DNA of 64,000 nucleotides from Ignavibacteria bacterium (GTDB taxonomy: Bacteria > Bacteroidota > Ignavibacteria > Tepidaquicellales > OLB5). The notes below the pieces were generated by a model. It was not told the origin of the DNA, searched no databases, and was given only the letters and a program-made list of their open reading frames with translations. Positions within the stretch are counted from its first letter, which is position 1; the number at the start of each line of letters is the position of its first letter. The position numbers and the translations under genes were made by a program. Location: the NCBI GenBank assembly GCA_030835025.1, contig JAUQWS010000109.1, positions 61,847 through 125,846 on the forward strand, in the 5' to 3' direction. This document shows positions 47,528 through 57,022 of the stretch, piece by piece.

Positions 47528-48627
47528 TCCTCAAATCTGTTTTTATTCCTCAGGTAATCTACAAATACCTGTTCACCAAGATCGTTCAATGATGAATAAT
47601 AGGCTTTTCCCTGGTTTGCCTTTGTGAAGTCTTCAATGAACCTGACCAGATACGGATCCTGTGCGATCATAAAAGTCGTGATCCTTATCTTATCTCTTCG
47701 GCAAGCTATGGCTTCATCAAGGGTTTTGTTGATTATTTTGGGATCCAGCCCCCATGAATTCTTATAGATTCTTCTTGAATTACTCCCCGGTTCATAAATC
47801 GCAGAAGGTTTTCCGTCTGTGATCATGAAGATCTGCTTATTGGCATTCTTCTTGCGGCTCAGAATATGCCGTGCAAGTTCGAGTCCTGCTTTTGTATTTG
47901 TGTGATAAGGACCCACTGAAACGAATGGAAGTTCCGAAACTGAGACTTCCCTTGCTTCATCACCAAATAAAACAATGTTAAGGGAGTCCTTCCTGTATTT
48001 TGAAAGTATAAGTTCGGAAAGCGCCAAGGCTACCTGTTTGGCGGGAGTGATCCGGTCTTCTCCATATAGAATCATGCTGTGGCTGATATCAACAAGCAGT
48101 ACCGTGGCAACACTTGTCTGAAGTTCCGTATCGTAAATCTCGATATCATCTTCGTTCAAATTGAAATTCTCAATCCCCTCTCTTTTGAATACATTAGAAA
48201 GAGTCTGAGTTGTATCAATATTCTGCGGCTGGTCTCCAAACTGGTATTTTTTGGTTGTATTATTCCGTTCTATTCCTTTGCCGCTGAGCGGAGATTCATG
48301 GAAACCTTCTGCAGATTTTTTAAGATTGCCGAATATTTCTTTAAACGAATCCTGCCTGACCCTCATTTCACCTTTTGGACTCAATGTGAACATTCCGTCA
48401 GTATCGTCAATCAATCCTTTTTCTTTCAGTTTATCAATGAACTCACTCAAAGATAGACTCTCGTCAAAAAAGCCGTATTGCTCATCAAGCTGGCTCAGCC
48501 AGTCAAGAGCTTCGTTCACGTCACCGTTTGTCTGAAGTAGAATATAGCTGAAAAGGGAGAAAAGCTTGTCAAGCCGCTGTTCATCGGTTAAGGATTCGTC
48601 AGTCCATTTGGAATAAATGAATTTCAT
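47524..48627 (-). CDS. VWA-domain protein
   Basis: MIDAS motif VLLVDISHSM with downstream FMITDGKPS. N-terminal helical domain. Confidence 0.7.
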   Translation of the reverse strand: MKFIYSKWTDESLTDEQRLDKLFSLFSYILLQTNGDVNEALDWLSQLDEQYGFFDESLSLSEFIDKLKEKGLIDDTDGMFTLSPKGEMRVRQDSFKEIFGNLKKSAEGFHESPLSGKGIERNNTTKKYQFGDQPQNIDTTQTLSNVFKREGIENFNLNEDDIEIYDTELQTSVATVLLVDISHSMILYGEDRITPAKQVALALSELILSKYRKDSLNIVLFGDEAREVSVSELPFVSVGPYHTNTKAGLELARHILSRKKNANKQIFMITDGKPSAIYEPGSNSRRIYKNSWGLDPKIINKTLDEAIACRRDKIRITTFMIAQDPYLVRFIEDFTKANQGKAYYSSLNDLGEQVFVDYLRNKNRFED

Positions 48628-48672
48628 TTAGCTCGGCCGTTTTAATGTACATTCTGCAGGACCCGCAATCCT

Positions 48673-50106
48673 TTACATAATCGCCCTTAAGTACTTCAGC
48701 AGAAGCTCAGGGTATATACCGAATGCAAAAAGGCCTATTGTCGAAATTATTGCCGCTGTGTATGAAAAGTCCGATCTTACGCTCAGCACTGCTTCACCCG
48801 ATGGTTCATAGAACCACATATACAGAATCACCTTTATGTAGTAGTAAACACCTACAAGGCTTAATAAAATTCCGATTATGGCGACCCATACGAACTGGAT
48901 CTGAATTGCAGAAAGAAAAATGTAATATTTTCCCCAGAACCCGGCAAAAGGCGGAATTCCGGCAAGCGAGAAAAGGAAAATTGTCAGAAGTAGAGCAAGC
49001 CCGGGACTTGTTTTGCCAAGACCCTTATACCCTTCCAATGAAGTCTTAACGGCGGGGTCACCGGTTTTTTCTTCCACCATTCCGATTATAATGAATGCGC
49101 CAAGCTGCATCAGGATGTAAGATACAAGATAGAAGAGAACAGCGTGAATTGAATAAGGATTTATCATAATGAATCCTACCATAATATAGCCGGCATGTGC
49201 TATGCTGGAATATGCAAGAAGACGTTTGATATTTGTTTGAACAAGTGCAACAACATTGCCGTACAGCATTGTAAGGATAGCAACTACTGATACTACCATC
49301 GGAATTGTATTCATAGAAAAGACTGAGAAGAAAGCCAGTAGCGCTCCAAAGGCAGCAGTCTTTCCGACCGACGACATCATACCGGTTACAACTGTAGGGG
49401 CCCCCTGATATACATCCGGGATCCACATCTGAAGCGGAAACGAACCGGTCTTGAAAATGAACGCTATGAATACCAAAGTCAGTCCCAGAAGATAAAAAGT
49501 TTCTTTTTCAGGGTGAACTGCGGCAATTGCAGTATAATTTGTCGAACCTGTATATCCATATATGAATGCAATTCCAAGAAGCAGAAACCCTGTCAAGAAT
49601 GCTCCAAGCAGAAAGTACTTGACTGCACTCTCGTTCGATTCCATCTTCCTGCGCATAAAGCCTGCCAGAACATAGAAACAAACAGACATGAGTTCCAGGC
49701 CGATGAAAACTATCACAAGATCATTGGCCTGTCCCATTAACATCATTCCGAGCAGCGAGAGAAAAAGCAGCGAATAATACTCGCCGTAATTTATCTTTTC
49801 CTGTTCAAGGTAATTCCTTGATGAGAGTACTGTGATGAACATACCGCCCATCAGTATGATATTAAGAACAGAAGTAAAAGTATTAACACGAATAAAGCTT
49901 CCGTAGATTATTAAATTCTTTTCCAGGTCTTTAAAGGCAAATACAATTCCCGCAGCAAGAGCTGCCATGCAAAAATAGAATATGACCGTCTCGGTTATCT
50001 GTTTTTTGTCTTTCGGGAAAATAGTCTCCAGCAGCATAATAATTAGGGCTGTGGAAGCAACAATCACTAGTGGAATGGAATTAAGAAAATCAGTAGATGT
50101 GATCAA
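48673..50106 (-). CDS. nuoN: NADH-quinone oxidoreductase subunit N (antiporter-like)
   Basis: 477 aa with about 14 TM helices. Motifs LGLELMSVCFYVLAGF, KYFLLGAF, and LLAYSSIAHAGYIM. Confidence 0.85.
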   Translation of the reverse strand: MITSTDFLNSIPLVIVASTALIIMLLETIFPKDKKQITETVIFYFCMAALAAGIVFAFKDLEKNLIIYGSFIRVNTFTSVLNIILMGGMFITVLSSRNYLEQEKINYGEYYSLLFLSLLGMMLMGQANDLVIVFIGLELMSVCFYVLAGFMRRKMESNESAVKYFLLGAFLTGFLLLGIAFIYGYTGSTNYTAIAAVHPEKETFYLLGLTLVFIAFIFKTGSFPLQMWIPDVYQGAPTVVTGMMSSVGKTAAFGALLAFFSVFSMNTIPMVVSVVAILTMLYGNVVALVQTNIKRLLAYSSIAHAGYIMVGFIMINPYSIHAVLFYLVSYILMQLGAFIIIGMVEEKTGDPAVKTSLEGYKGLGKTSPGLALLLTIFLFSLAGIPPFAGFWGKYYIFLSAIQIQFVWVAIIGILLSLVGVYYYIKVILYMWFYEPSGEAVLSVRSDFSYTAAIISTIGLFAFGIYPELLLKYLRAIM

Positions 50107-50161
50107 TGTTTATAGTCTTTATATTTTAGGAGTTTTCTCAAAAAAGCACAACAAGTATACT

Positions 50162-51010
50162 TCATAGATATTTTTTTAACCAGTCTAACATCAGCGAGTA
50201 TAATTCCGGTTTTTCTTCTATCAGGCTTTTGCCATGCTTATCTGAATCATAAACTTTCATTTCCCTGGGGTCCTCCAGAAAATTATCGTATATCCACTTC
50301 TGACCGGATTCGCAATTGTCATCTTTATTCCCGCAAATTAAAAAAACTTTTGAAAATTTTTCAAAGTACGGTCTGCCCATCATTGCTTCGTTATATTCCG
50401 TGAAGCTTTCGAAAGTCTCTTTTCCGTTTGATATCGCAATTGCTGTTTTTACCAGCTTTTTGAACTTCGCATAAAGTGCCAGGTTACCGCCAATTGAAGT
50501 GCCTATTACAGCTATCCTTGCTGAATCGATCCCCTTCTGCTCACGTGTCCAGCTGATCACTGCATCGATGTCCTTTGGCGCCTGCTCCGGGTCGCTCAAA
50601 AGAGCAGAAAGTTCTCCATCCTGTTTTGAGGACTTACCATGACCCCGGATATCATATGCCAAAACTTTGTATCCGCCAGATTCAAGTGAATTGATGAACT
50701 CTCTGGTCCACTGCACTTTACTTTGCCTGAACTGATGTATCAGAATAACAAGCGGCTGCGGTGAATCTTTTTTACCCTCTTCAAAATAATATACTGCTGA
50801 AATCTCTTTGCTATCGGACGTTTTAATAAGAAATTCATCACTTAAAACCTGCTTCTCATTGCTGCCTGCCTGTGTATTCGATTCTCTTTTTTCTTTAACA
50901 TGCAGTGATTTAATGCTATCCTGCCCTGGGGTAAGATCGTTCCTGCTTTTTGTACAGCTCAACAAAACAAGCGGTATTAGAAGAAATATGTACAAGCTAA
51001 ACTTGTTCAT
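50162..51010 (-). CDS. alpha/beta hydrolase (lipoprotein)
   Basis: The ATG at 51010 gives MNKFSLYIFLLIPLVLLSC (lipobox). Nucleophile elbow GTSIGG; also HQF and GHGKS blocks. The ORF-track start is 51040. Confidence 0.65.
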   Translation of the reverse strand: MNKFSLYIFLLIPLVLLSCTKSRNDLTPGQDSIKSLHVKEKRESNTQAGSNEKQVLSDEFLIKTSDSKEISAVYYFEEGKKDSPQPLVILIHQFRQSKVQWTREFINSLESGGYKVLAYDIRGHGKSSKQDGELSALLSDPEQAPKDIDAVISWTREQKGIDSARIAVIGTSIGGNLALYAKFKKLVKTAIAISNGKETFESFTEYNEAMMGRPYFEKFSKVFLICGNKDDNCESGQKWIYDNFLEDPREMKVYDSDKHGKSLIEEKPELYSLMLDWLKKYL

Positions 51011-51061
51011 TTTTTCTGTTATAACCCTCAAAAATAGCAAAATTTAATGATAAAGGAAATA

Positions 51062-52477
51062 TTATAATACTGCCTCACTTCCCTTTTCAGGAATCTCAAC
51101 ATTAATGCTGTAATGGTTTCTAAGAGTCGTTTGCAATGCCTGCTGCTGGTCGTAATCTCCGTGGACAAGCCAGACCTGCTTAATTTTCGTTTTATCAAAT
51201 TTACCGAAGTAATCAATTAGCTCATCCCTATCCGCATGTGCGGAAAACGAGTTAAGCACGTATATTTTTGAGAGGACAAGCTGCATTTCCCCGAAAATCT
51301 TCACATATGTTCCTTCAGTATCTTTCGCTTCAACAAGCCTCCTTCCCAGAGTCTCAGGCGCCTGGAATCCGACGATCAAAAGGGTACTCTTTGGGTCGCT
51401 GATATTATTTTTGAGGTGATGAAGCACTCGGCCCGATTCCATCATTCCCGATGCGGAGATAATTACGCAGGGACCCTTTACGCCGTTCAATTGTTTTGAT
51501 TCTTCAACATCTTTTATGTAGGTTAGATTCGAGAATCCAAATACATCTACTCCGCTGCTCAGAAGCTGGGCAGTTTCTTTATCAAAGCATTCATGATGAA
51601 GCTTAAAAATGTCAGATACATTTGTCGAAAGAGGGCTGTCAACAAATATCGGTACTCTTGGAAGCAGTTTTTTTTCAAAGAGTTTTGAAAGCGAATAAAC
51701 AATTTCCTGAGTTCTGCCTACGCTGAAAGCAGGCACAATTACTTTTCCGCCGCGTGCAAATGATTCTTTCAGCACAGTCAGAAGCTGATTATCCATATCT
51801 ATTGCCTTATCGTGCACCCGCCCTCCGTAAGTAGATTCCGATATCATAAAATCTACATCACCCATATGCTCAGGGTCCCTTAGAATCGGCAAATGCGGCC
51901 TGCCAATATCTCCGGTAAACCCAAGCTTGATAGTCCGCCCCTTTTCCTTGATCTCCAGTAGAACTTGTGCGGAACCCAATATGTGTCCTGCATCAAAATA
52001 AGTCACAATTACATTTCCGCCAAAACCGTTAACAGTAAATTTCTTGTTATATGGCATTGACTTGAAGAGTGTCATTACACCCCTCACCTCTTCAAATCCA
52101 TAAAGCGGCTTGAAGGGCTTTTCGCCTTTTTTGGCCCGTTTCTTATTTGTGTATTCTATATCTCTGGTCTGAATATGCGCGCTATCCTGAAGCATTATTG
52201 CGCAGAGATCACGGGTTGCTGTGGTTGAATACAGGTCACCTCTGAAACCTGATTTCCAAAGACTCGGCAGATTGCCTGAGTGGTCAATATGTGCGTGTGA
52301 AAGCACTACAGCATCAAGTTCTTTCGGATCATACAGGAAGTTTCTGTTAATATTATATGCATCTTCTCGCTTGCCCTGGTATAAGCCGCAGTCAAGCAGT
52401 AACTTCTTCCCGTCAATTTCCAGTAAATGCTGTGAACCTGTTACAGTTCTGGCTGCTCCGCAAAATTTTATTTTCAT
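51062..52477 (-). CDS. MBL-fold beta-CASP family RNA-metabolising hydrolase
   Basis: HAHIDHSG, then beta-CASP motifs and the C-terminal FSAHAD and VHGD. Confidence 0.8.
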   Translation of the reverse strand: MKIKFCGAARTVTGSQHLLEIDGKKLLLDCGLYQGKREDAYNINRNFLYDPKELDAVVLSHAHIDHSGNLPSLWKSGFRGDLYSTTATRDLCAIMLQDSAHIQTRDIEYTNKKRAKKGEKPFKPLYGFEEVRGVMTLFKSMPYNKKFTVNGFGGNVIVTYFDAGHILGSAQVLLEIKEKGRTIKLGFTGDIGRPHLPILRDPEHMGDVDFMISESTYGGRVHDKAIDMDNQLLTVLKESFARGGKVIVPAFSVGRTQEIVYSLSKLFEKKLLPRVPIFVDSPLSTNVSDIFKLHHECFDKETAQLLSSGVDVFGFSNLTYIKDVEESKQLNGVKGPCVIISASGMMESGRVLHHLKNNISDPKSTLLIVGFQAPETLGRRLVEAKDTEGTYVKIFGEMQLVLSKIYVLNSFSAHADRDELIDYFGKFDKTKIKQVWLVHGDYDQQQALQTTLRNHYSINVEIPEKGSEAVL

Positions 52478-52599
52478 ATCCCTGATTCCTGCCTAAGTAT
52501 TTATTATCTGCTTAACAAATTTAGATTAACATCCTGTAATATGAAATGTATTTCATTTATGGTATTTATGGATTAATTTCGTGACAATCAATTTCAATA

Positions 52600-53724
52600 A
52601 TGGATAATTTCCTAATATCTCCGAAAGAAGTCAAGGAACAATTGAATTCAACTGCAAACGGATATTTGCTGGTTGATATAAGAGAAAAAAACGAATACAG
52701 TGACTGGAATATCAAGGGAAGTTTGAATGTTCCCGTTAATGACCTTATTTCTTCCGGAGATTTTGCCTCTATCAAAAAGCACCTCGAAAGACTCCCAAAG
52801 GACAGAATGATTGTAACTATTTGCGCCAGAGGTATTAATTCACAGGTTGCAGCCTCTATTCTGCGTGAAATGGGTTACAATTCTGTTTCGCTTGATAAAG
52901 GAATGAAGGGGTGGAACGAGAATTTTGATATTTACAGGCTGCATTTTGATGATTTTGATGTGGTGCAATTCGTCAGGATCGGCAAAGGTTGCCTATCGTA
53001 TTTGGTGATAGATAAATCTACGGATCAGGCTGCCCTTTTTGAACCTGCCATATTTATCGGCGAATACGAAGATTACCAAAGAGCTAACGGAATTCATATA
53101 AAATATATCATTGATACACATGCACATGCTGACCATTTTTCCGGCGGAATGGAACTTGCCAGAAAACTGAATCTGGATTACTGCATTAGCGAAATTGAAG
53201 TGGACAAAGTGTTTTCATTCAAGTCATTAAAAGCCGCAGATGAAATTGCTTTTGGAAAGACAAGAATCCATTTGATAAGCACTCCGGGACATACAGACGG
53301 AAGCATTTCATTTCTGATCAACAACAAAGCATTACTATGCGGCGACCTGCTGCTTCTTGAAAGCCCCGGCAGACCGGACCTGGCCAGAACCAAAGAAGAG
53401 ACCACAAAAGGCGCCGGTATACTCTTTGATACTTTAAAAAACTTGCTTCCCGGTCTAAGCGATGATACAATGATATTCCCTTCACATTTCACAAATACAG
53501 ATATAAGGCCGGTGGTCATGAGTCTGAAGGACCTGAAGGCAAATTCAGAGCCACTTAATATTACAGACAAAAGGGAATTCATTAATTACATCACATCAAA
53601 CATCCCTGTTACTCCTCCAAATTACGAAACAATAAAGAAATTCAACAAAGCGGGGGTAATTATCCCTCTGGACTATGCCGAAGATCTTGAGATCGGTCCA
53701 AACCGCTGCGCGGCGAGGAATTAG
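52600..53724 (+). CDS. rhodanese domain fused to MBL-fold persulfide dioxygenase-like domain
   Basis: Rhodanese active-site loop TICARGINS. MBL motif DTHAHADHFSGG, then TPGHTDGS and a downstream D/H. Confidence 0.7.
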   Translation: MDNFLISPKEVKEQLNSTANGYLLVDIREKNEYSDWNIKGSLNVPVNDLISSGDFASIKKHLERLPKDRMIVTICARGINSQVAASILREMGYNSVSLDKGMKGWNENFDIYRLHFDDFDVVQFVRIGKGCLSYLVIDKSTDQAALFEPAIFIGEYEDYQRANGIHIKYIIDTHAHADHFSGGMELARKLNLDYCISEIEVDKVFSFKSLKAADEIAFGKTRIHLISTPGHTDGSISFLINNKALLCGDLLLLESPGRPDLARTKEETTKGAGILFDTLKNLLPGLSDDTMIFPSHFTNTDIRPVVMSLKDLKANSEPLNITDKREFINYITSNIPVTPPNYETIKKFNKAGVIIPLDYAEDLEIGPNRCAARN

Positions 53725-53730
53725 CCGCAA

Positions 53731-55440
53731 ATGTTCGTCCCAAAACTCGTCACCACGTTAAAGACCTACAACAGGAAGACTTTCTTTAGCGACCTTTCTG
53801 CCGGGGTAATTGTTGGAATTGTAGCACTTCCGCTTGCTATTGCTTTCGGAATTGCATCGGGCGTAGCTCCTCAACAGGGATTGATCACTGCAATAATTGC
53901 AGGGTTCCTCATTTCCGCACTTGGAGGCAGCAGAGTACAGATCGGCGGTCCAACCGGCGCTTACATCGTGATTGTGTATAATATCATACAAAATTACGGA
54001 ATGGGCGGACTTGCAATAGCAGCCTTCATTGCCGGATTAATTCTTATCGTTATGGGTCTCATGAAGTTTGGGACTCTCATAAAGTTCATACCGCTTCCTA
54101 TTATAACCGGGTTTACCTCGGGAATTGCAATTATCATATTCATAACGCAATTAAAGGATTTACTTGGCTTGAAAATTGATTCATTGCCATCAGACTTTCT
54201 TGAGAAACTTCCTGTTTATTTCGCAAACCTTTCAACGCTTAATTCTGATGTTGTTCTTATATCTGTCATAACTCTTGTTATCATTATCTTCTTTCCTAAA
54301 GTAACCAAAAAAATACCCTCCCCATTCATTGCACTCATCGCCGGTACAGCCATAGTTCATTTGTTCGGATTCAATGTTGATACGATATCTTCAAGATTCA
54401 GTGATATTCCGAGTACTTTCCCGGCTCCCAGGCTGCCAGAAATAACTTATGCTAAGGTATACGGAGTCATCGGACCGGCATTTACAATTGCAATACTAAG
54501 CGCAATTGAATCACTCCTTTCCGCCACTGTTGCAGACGGAATGACTGGAGGAAGGCATAGATCTAATATGGAGCTTGTTGCAAACGGCGTTGCTAATACT
54601 ATTGTGCCGATATTCGGGGGAATACCGGCTACCGGTGCCATAGCAAGAACAGTAACGAACATAAAGAACGGCGGAAAAACGCCCGTAGCCGGAATAGTTC
54701 ATTCAATTGTACTGCTGCTGATCATGATATTTTTCGGAAAGTATGCAGGAATGATACCGATGTGCGTGCTTGCTGCAATTCTGGTAGTGGTTGCTTATAA
54801 TATGAGCGAATGGCGCGAATTCATAGCCCAGCTTAAAATGCCGTACAGCGATGTAATAGTACTTCTCACAACGTTTTTCCTGACCGTTGTATTCGATCTG
54901 ACCATAGCGATTGAGGTCGGTATGGTGCTTTCTGCACTGCTGTTTATGAAGCGAATGGCAGATGTAACAAATGTAGGTGTTATTTCCAAGGAATTTGACG
55001 AGAAGCTTGAAACAGATGATTCCGGAGTGAATTCAATTTCAAATAAGAAGATCCCCGATGGTGTTGTAATCTATGAAATTAACGGTCCCTTCTTTTTCGG
55101 TGCAGCAAGCAAGTTCAAGGAGGCTATCCGTGTTGTAAATAAGAAAACAAAGGTCATGATACTGAGATTGAGGAATGTACCCGCAATCGATTCCACGGGC
55201 ATTGCAACACTTGAGGATTTTTATTATGATTGCATGAAGCACAGTACCGTACTGGTACTTTCAGGTATACATGCACAGCCAATGTTCGCTTCAGAAAGAG
55301 CGGGATTACTGGATAAGATCGGTGAAGATAACATTCGCGGCAACATTGATGATGCACTCAACAGGGCAAGAGTAATACTGGGGCTTCCGGTTGAGGAAGT
55401 TGTTGCAGAAAAGGAAAGTTCCGTAGAAAAGAACAAATGA
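53731..55440 (+). CDS. SulP-family anion (sulfate) permease with C-terminal STAS domain
   Basis: DLSAGVIVGIVALPLAIAFGIASG, and a C-terminal STAS (VVIYEINGPFFFGAA...LRLRNVPAIDSTG). Starts 6 nt after the upstream gene. Confidence 0.85.
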   Translation: MFVPKLVTTLKTYNRKTFFSDLSAGVIVGIVALPLAIAFGIASGVAPQQGLITAIIAGFLISALGGSRVQIGGPTGAYIVIVYNIIQNYGMGGLAIAAFIAGLILIVMGLMKFGTLIKFIPLPIITGFTSGIAIIIFITQLKDLLGLKIDSLPSDFLEKLPVYFANLSTLNSDVVLISVITLVIIIFFPKVTKKIPSPFIALIAGTAIVHLFGFNVDTISSRFSDIPSTFPAPRLPEITYAKVYGVIGPAFTIAILSAIESLLSATVADGMTGGRHRSNMELVANGVANTIVPIFGGIPATGAIARTVTNIKNGGKTPVAGIVHSIVLLLIMIFFGKYAGMIPMCVLAAILVVVAYNMSEWREFIAQLKMPYSDVIVLLTTFFLTVVFDLTIAIEVGMVLSALLFMKRMADVTNVGVISKEFDEKLETDDSGVNSISNKKIPDGVVIYEINGPFFFGAASKFKEAIRVVNKKTKVMILRLRNVPAIDSTGIATLEDFYYDCMKHSTVLVLSGIHAQPMFASERAGLLDKIGEDNIRGNIDDALNRARVILGLPVEEVVAEKESSVEKNK

Positions 55441-55486
55441 ACTAAAATTAATAATGCTTCCCCGAATTATCGGGAACAAAGGAAAT

Positions 55487-56863
55487 ATGAAACTAAAATA
55501 CATCAACGATATCAATCCGGCAACTGGCAAAACCATTGCTAAGGTTAAATGCTCCTCAGAAAAAGAAATTGACAGCGCTGTGAAGAACGCAAAGAATGCT
55601 TTAAGAAAGTGGAGCGAACTGACTTTGAAACAAAGAAGTTCGATGCTGGAAGCATGCGCAAAAGATTTCATCAGGCAGAAGGAAAAAATCGGCAGGATAA
55701 TCACAGATGAAATGGGAAAGTTGTACAGATCAGCATCGGGAGAAACTCATGCTGTGGCTTATGGGATCAGGGAAACTATCCAGCAGGCAAAAGAAGCACT
55801 TAATGTCGAAAAGCTGAAAGAGGAAGATCTTGTTACTGAGCTTCACCGTACGCCAATTGGTGTATGTGCAGTAATAACTCCTTGGAACTTCCCCGTAAGC
55901 ATGCCTGAATCACTGCTATCCCCTGCTCTTATAGCCGGTAATACTGTGGTTTTTAAATCTTCAGAGATGGTTCCCCTAACCGGAAAAGCGATCTTTGATA
56001 TATTCAATAAACATCTGCCGAAAGGTGTTATTAACCTGGTACAAGGCGCCGATGAAGTCGGGAACTACCTCATTCACTCAGATATCGATATGATCGCTTT
56101 CGTGGGTTCACAGGCAGTTGGAAAGCACATTATGAGGGTTGCCGGCGATAAGCTGAAGCGCATTGTGCTTGAGCTTGGCGGTAAAGACCCAATGATAGTA
56201 TTGAATGATGCTGATTTACAAAAGGCAGCAAATTTTGCAGTCAATGGTTCGCTCAGAAACACCGGACAAGTGTGTGTATCTGTGGAAAGAATTTATGTTC
56301 AGGATAAAGCCGCAGAGAAGTTCACTAAATTGGTTGCGGAGGGTGTTAAGAATTTCAAATATGGCAGCGGATATGATGAAAATGTACAGATGGGTCCGCT
56401 TGTAAGCAAACGCCAGCGTGAAAATGTTCTCTCACAGGTGAAAGATGCGGTTAAGAACGGAGCTAAGCTGGTAACAGGCGGCGGAGTTCCGAAGAACAGG
56501 AAAGGTTATTTTATGGAGCCGACCTTGATAACAAACCTGACACACAAGCACAGGATAATGAATGAAGAAACATTCGGGCCGGTTGTGGCAATACAAAAGG
56601 TTAAGACTGAAGATGAAGCTGTCAAGCTCGCAAATGACTCCCCTTTTGGACTTGGAGCAACCGTTTGGACAAAGAACAAACAAAAGGGACTCAAAATTGC
56701 CCGCAAAATAGAATCCGGCATGATAGGAGTAAACCAGGGAATCGGATCTGTGAGCGGTACTCCATGGGTTGGTGTAAAACAAAGCGGGTACGGATTCATT
56801 GGCTCAGTTGAGGGAATAAGACAATTCACGGTACCAAGGAAGATAAGCTATAAAAAGAACTAG
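55487..56863 (+). CDS. NAD(P)+-dependent aldehyde dehydrogenase
   Basis: ITPWNFP, ELGGKDP, catalytic Cys in GQVCVSVER, and EETFGPV. The ATG at 55487, preceded by AGGAAAT, is preferred over 55454. Confidence 0.85.
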   Translation: MKLKYINDINPATGKTIAKVKCSSEKEIDSAVKNAKNALRKWSELTLKQRSSMLEACAKDFIRQKEKIGRIITDEMGKLYRSASGETHAVAYGIRETIQQAKEALNVEKLKEEDLVTELHRTPIGVCAVITPWNFPVSMPESLLSPALIAGNTVVFKSSEMVPLTGKAIFDIFNKHLPKGVINLVQGADEVGNYLIHSDIDMIAFVGSQAVGKHIMRVAGDKLKRIVLELGGKDPMIVLNDADLQKAANFAVNGSLRNTGQVCVSVERIYVQDKAAEKFTKLVAEGVKNFKYGSGYDENVQMGPLVSKRQRENVLSQVKDAVKNGAKLVTGGGVPKNRKGYFMEPTLITNLTHKHRIMNEETFGPVVAIQKVKTEDEAVKLANDSPFGLGATVWTKNKQKGLKIARKIESGMIGVNQGIGSVSGTPWVGVKQSGYGFIGSVEGIRQFTVPRKISYKKN

Positions 56864-57022
56864 ACTTTCCAAGTGTCATTTTCTTGAAGATTTCGCCAAG
56901 CATACAGACATAAATCATAGATATTCATAATAAGAATCATTACAAAATATCTCCTGATTTATTAATTTGCGTACGGTATTGCCAGGAAACTAATGGCTTT
57001 AATTAACTAACCTTTAAAGAAC

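Noticed and set aside
55306-55704. 132-aa minus-strand ORF across the SulP/ALDH junction
   Set aside because: It is antisense to two strongly supported genes, and its hydrophobic, low-complexity sequence is consistent with a shadow frame.
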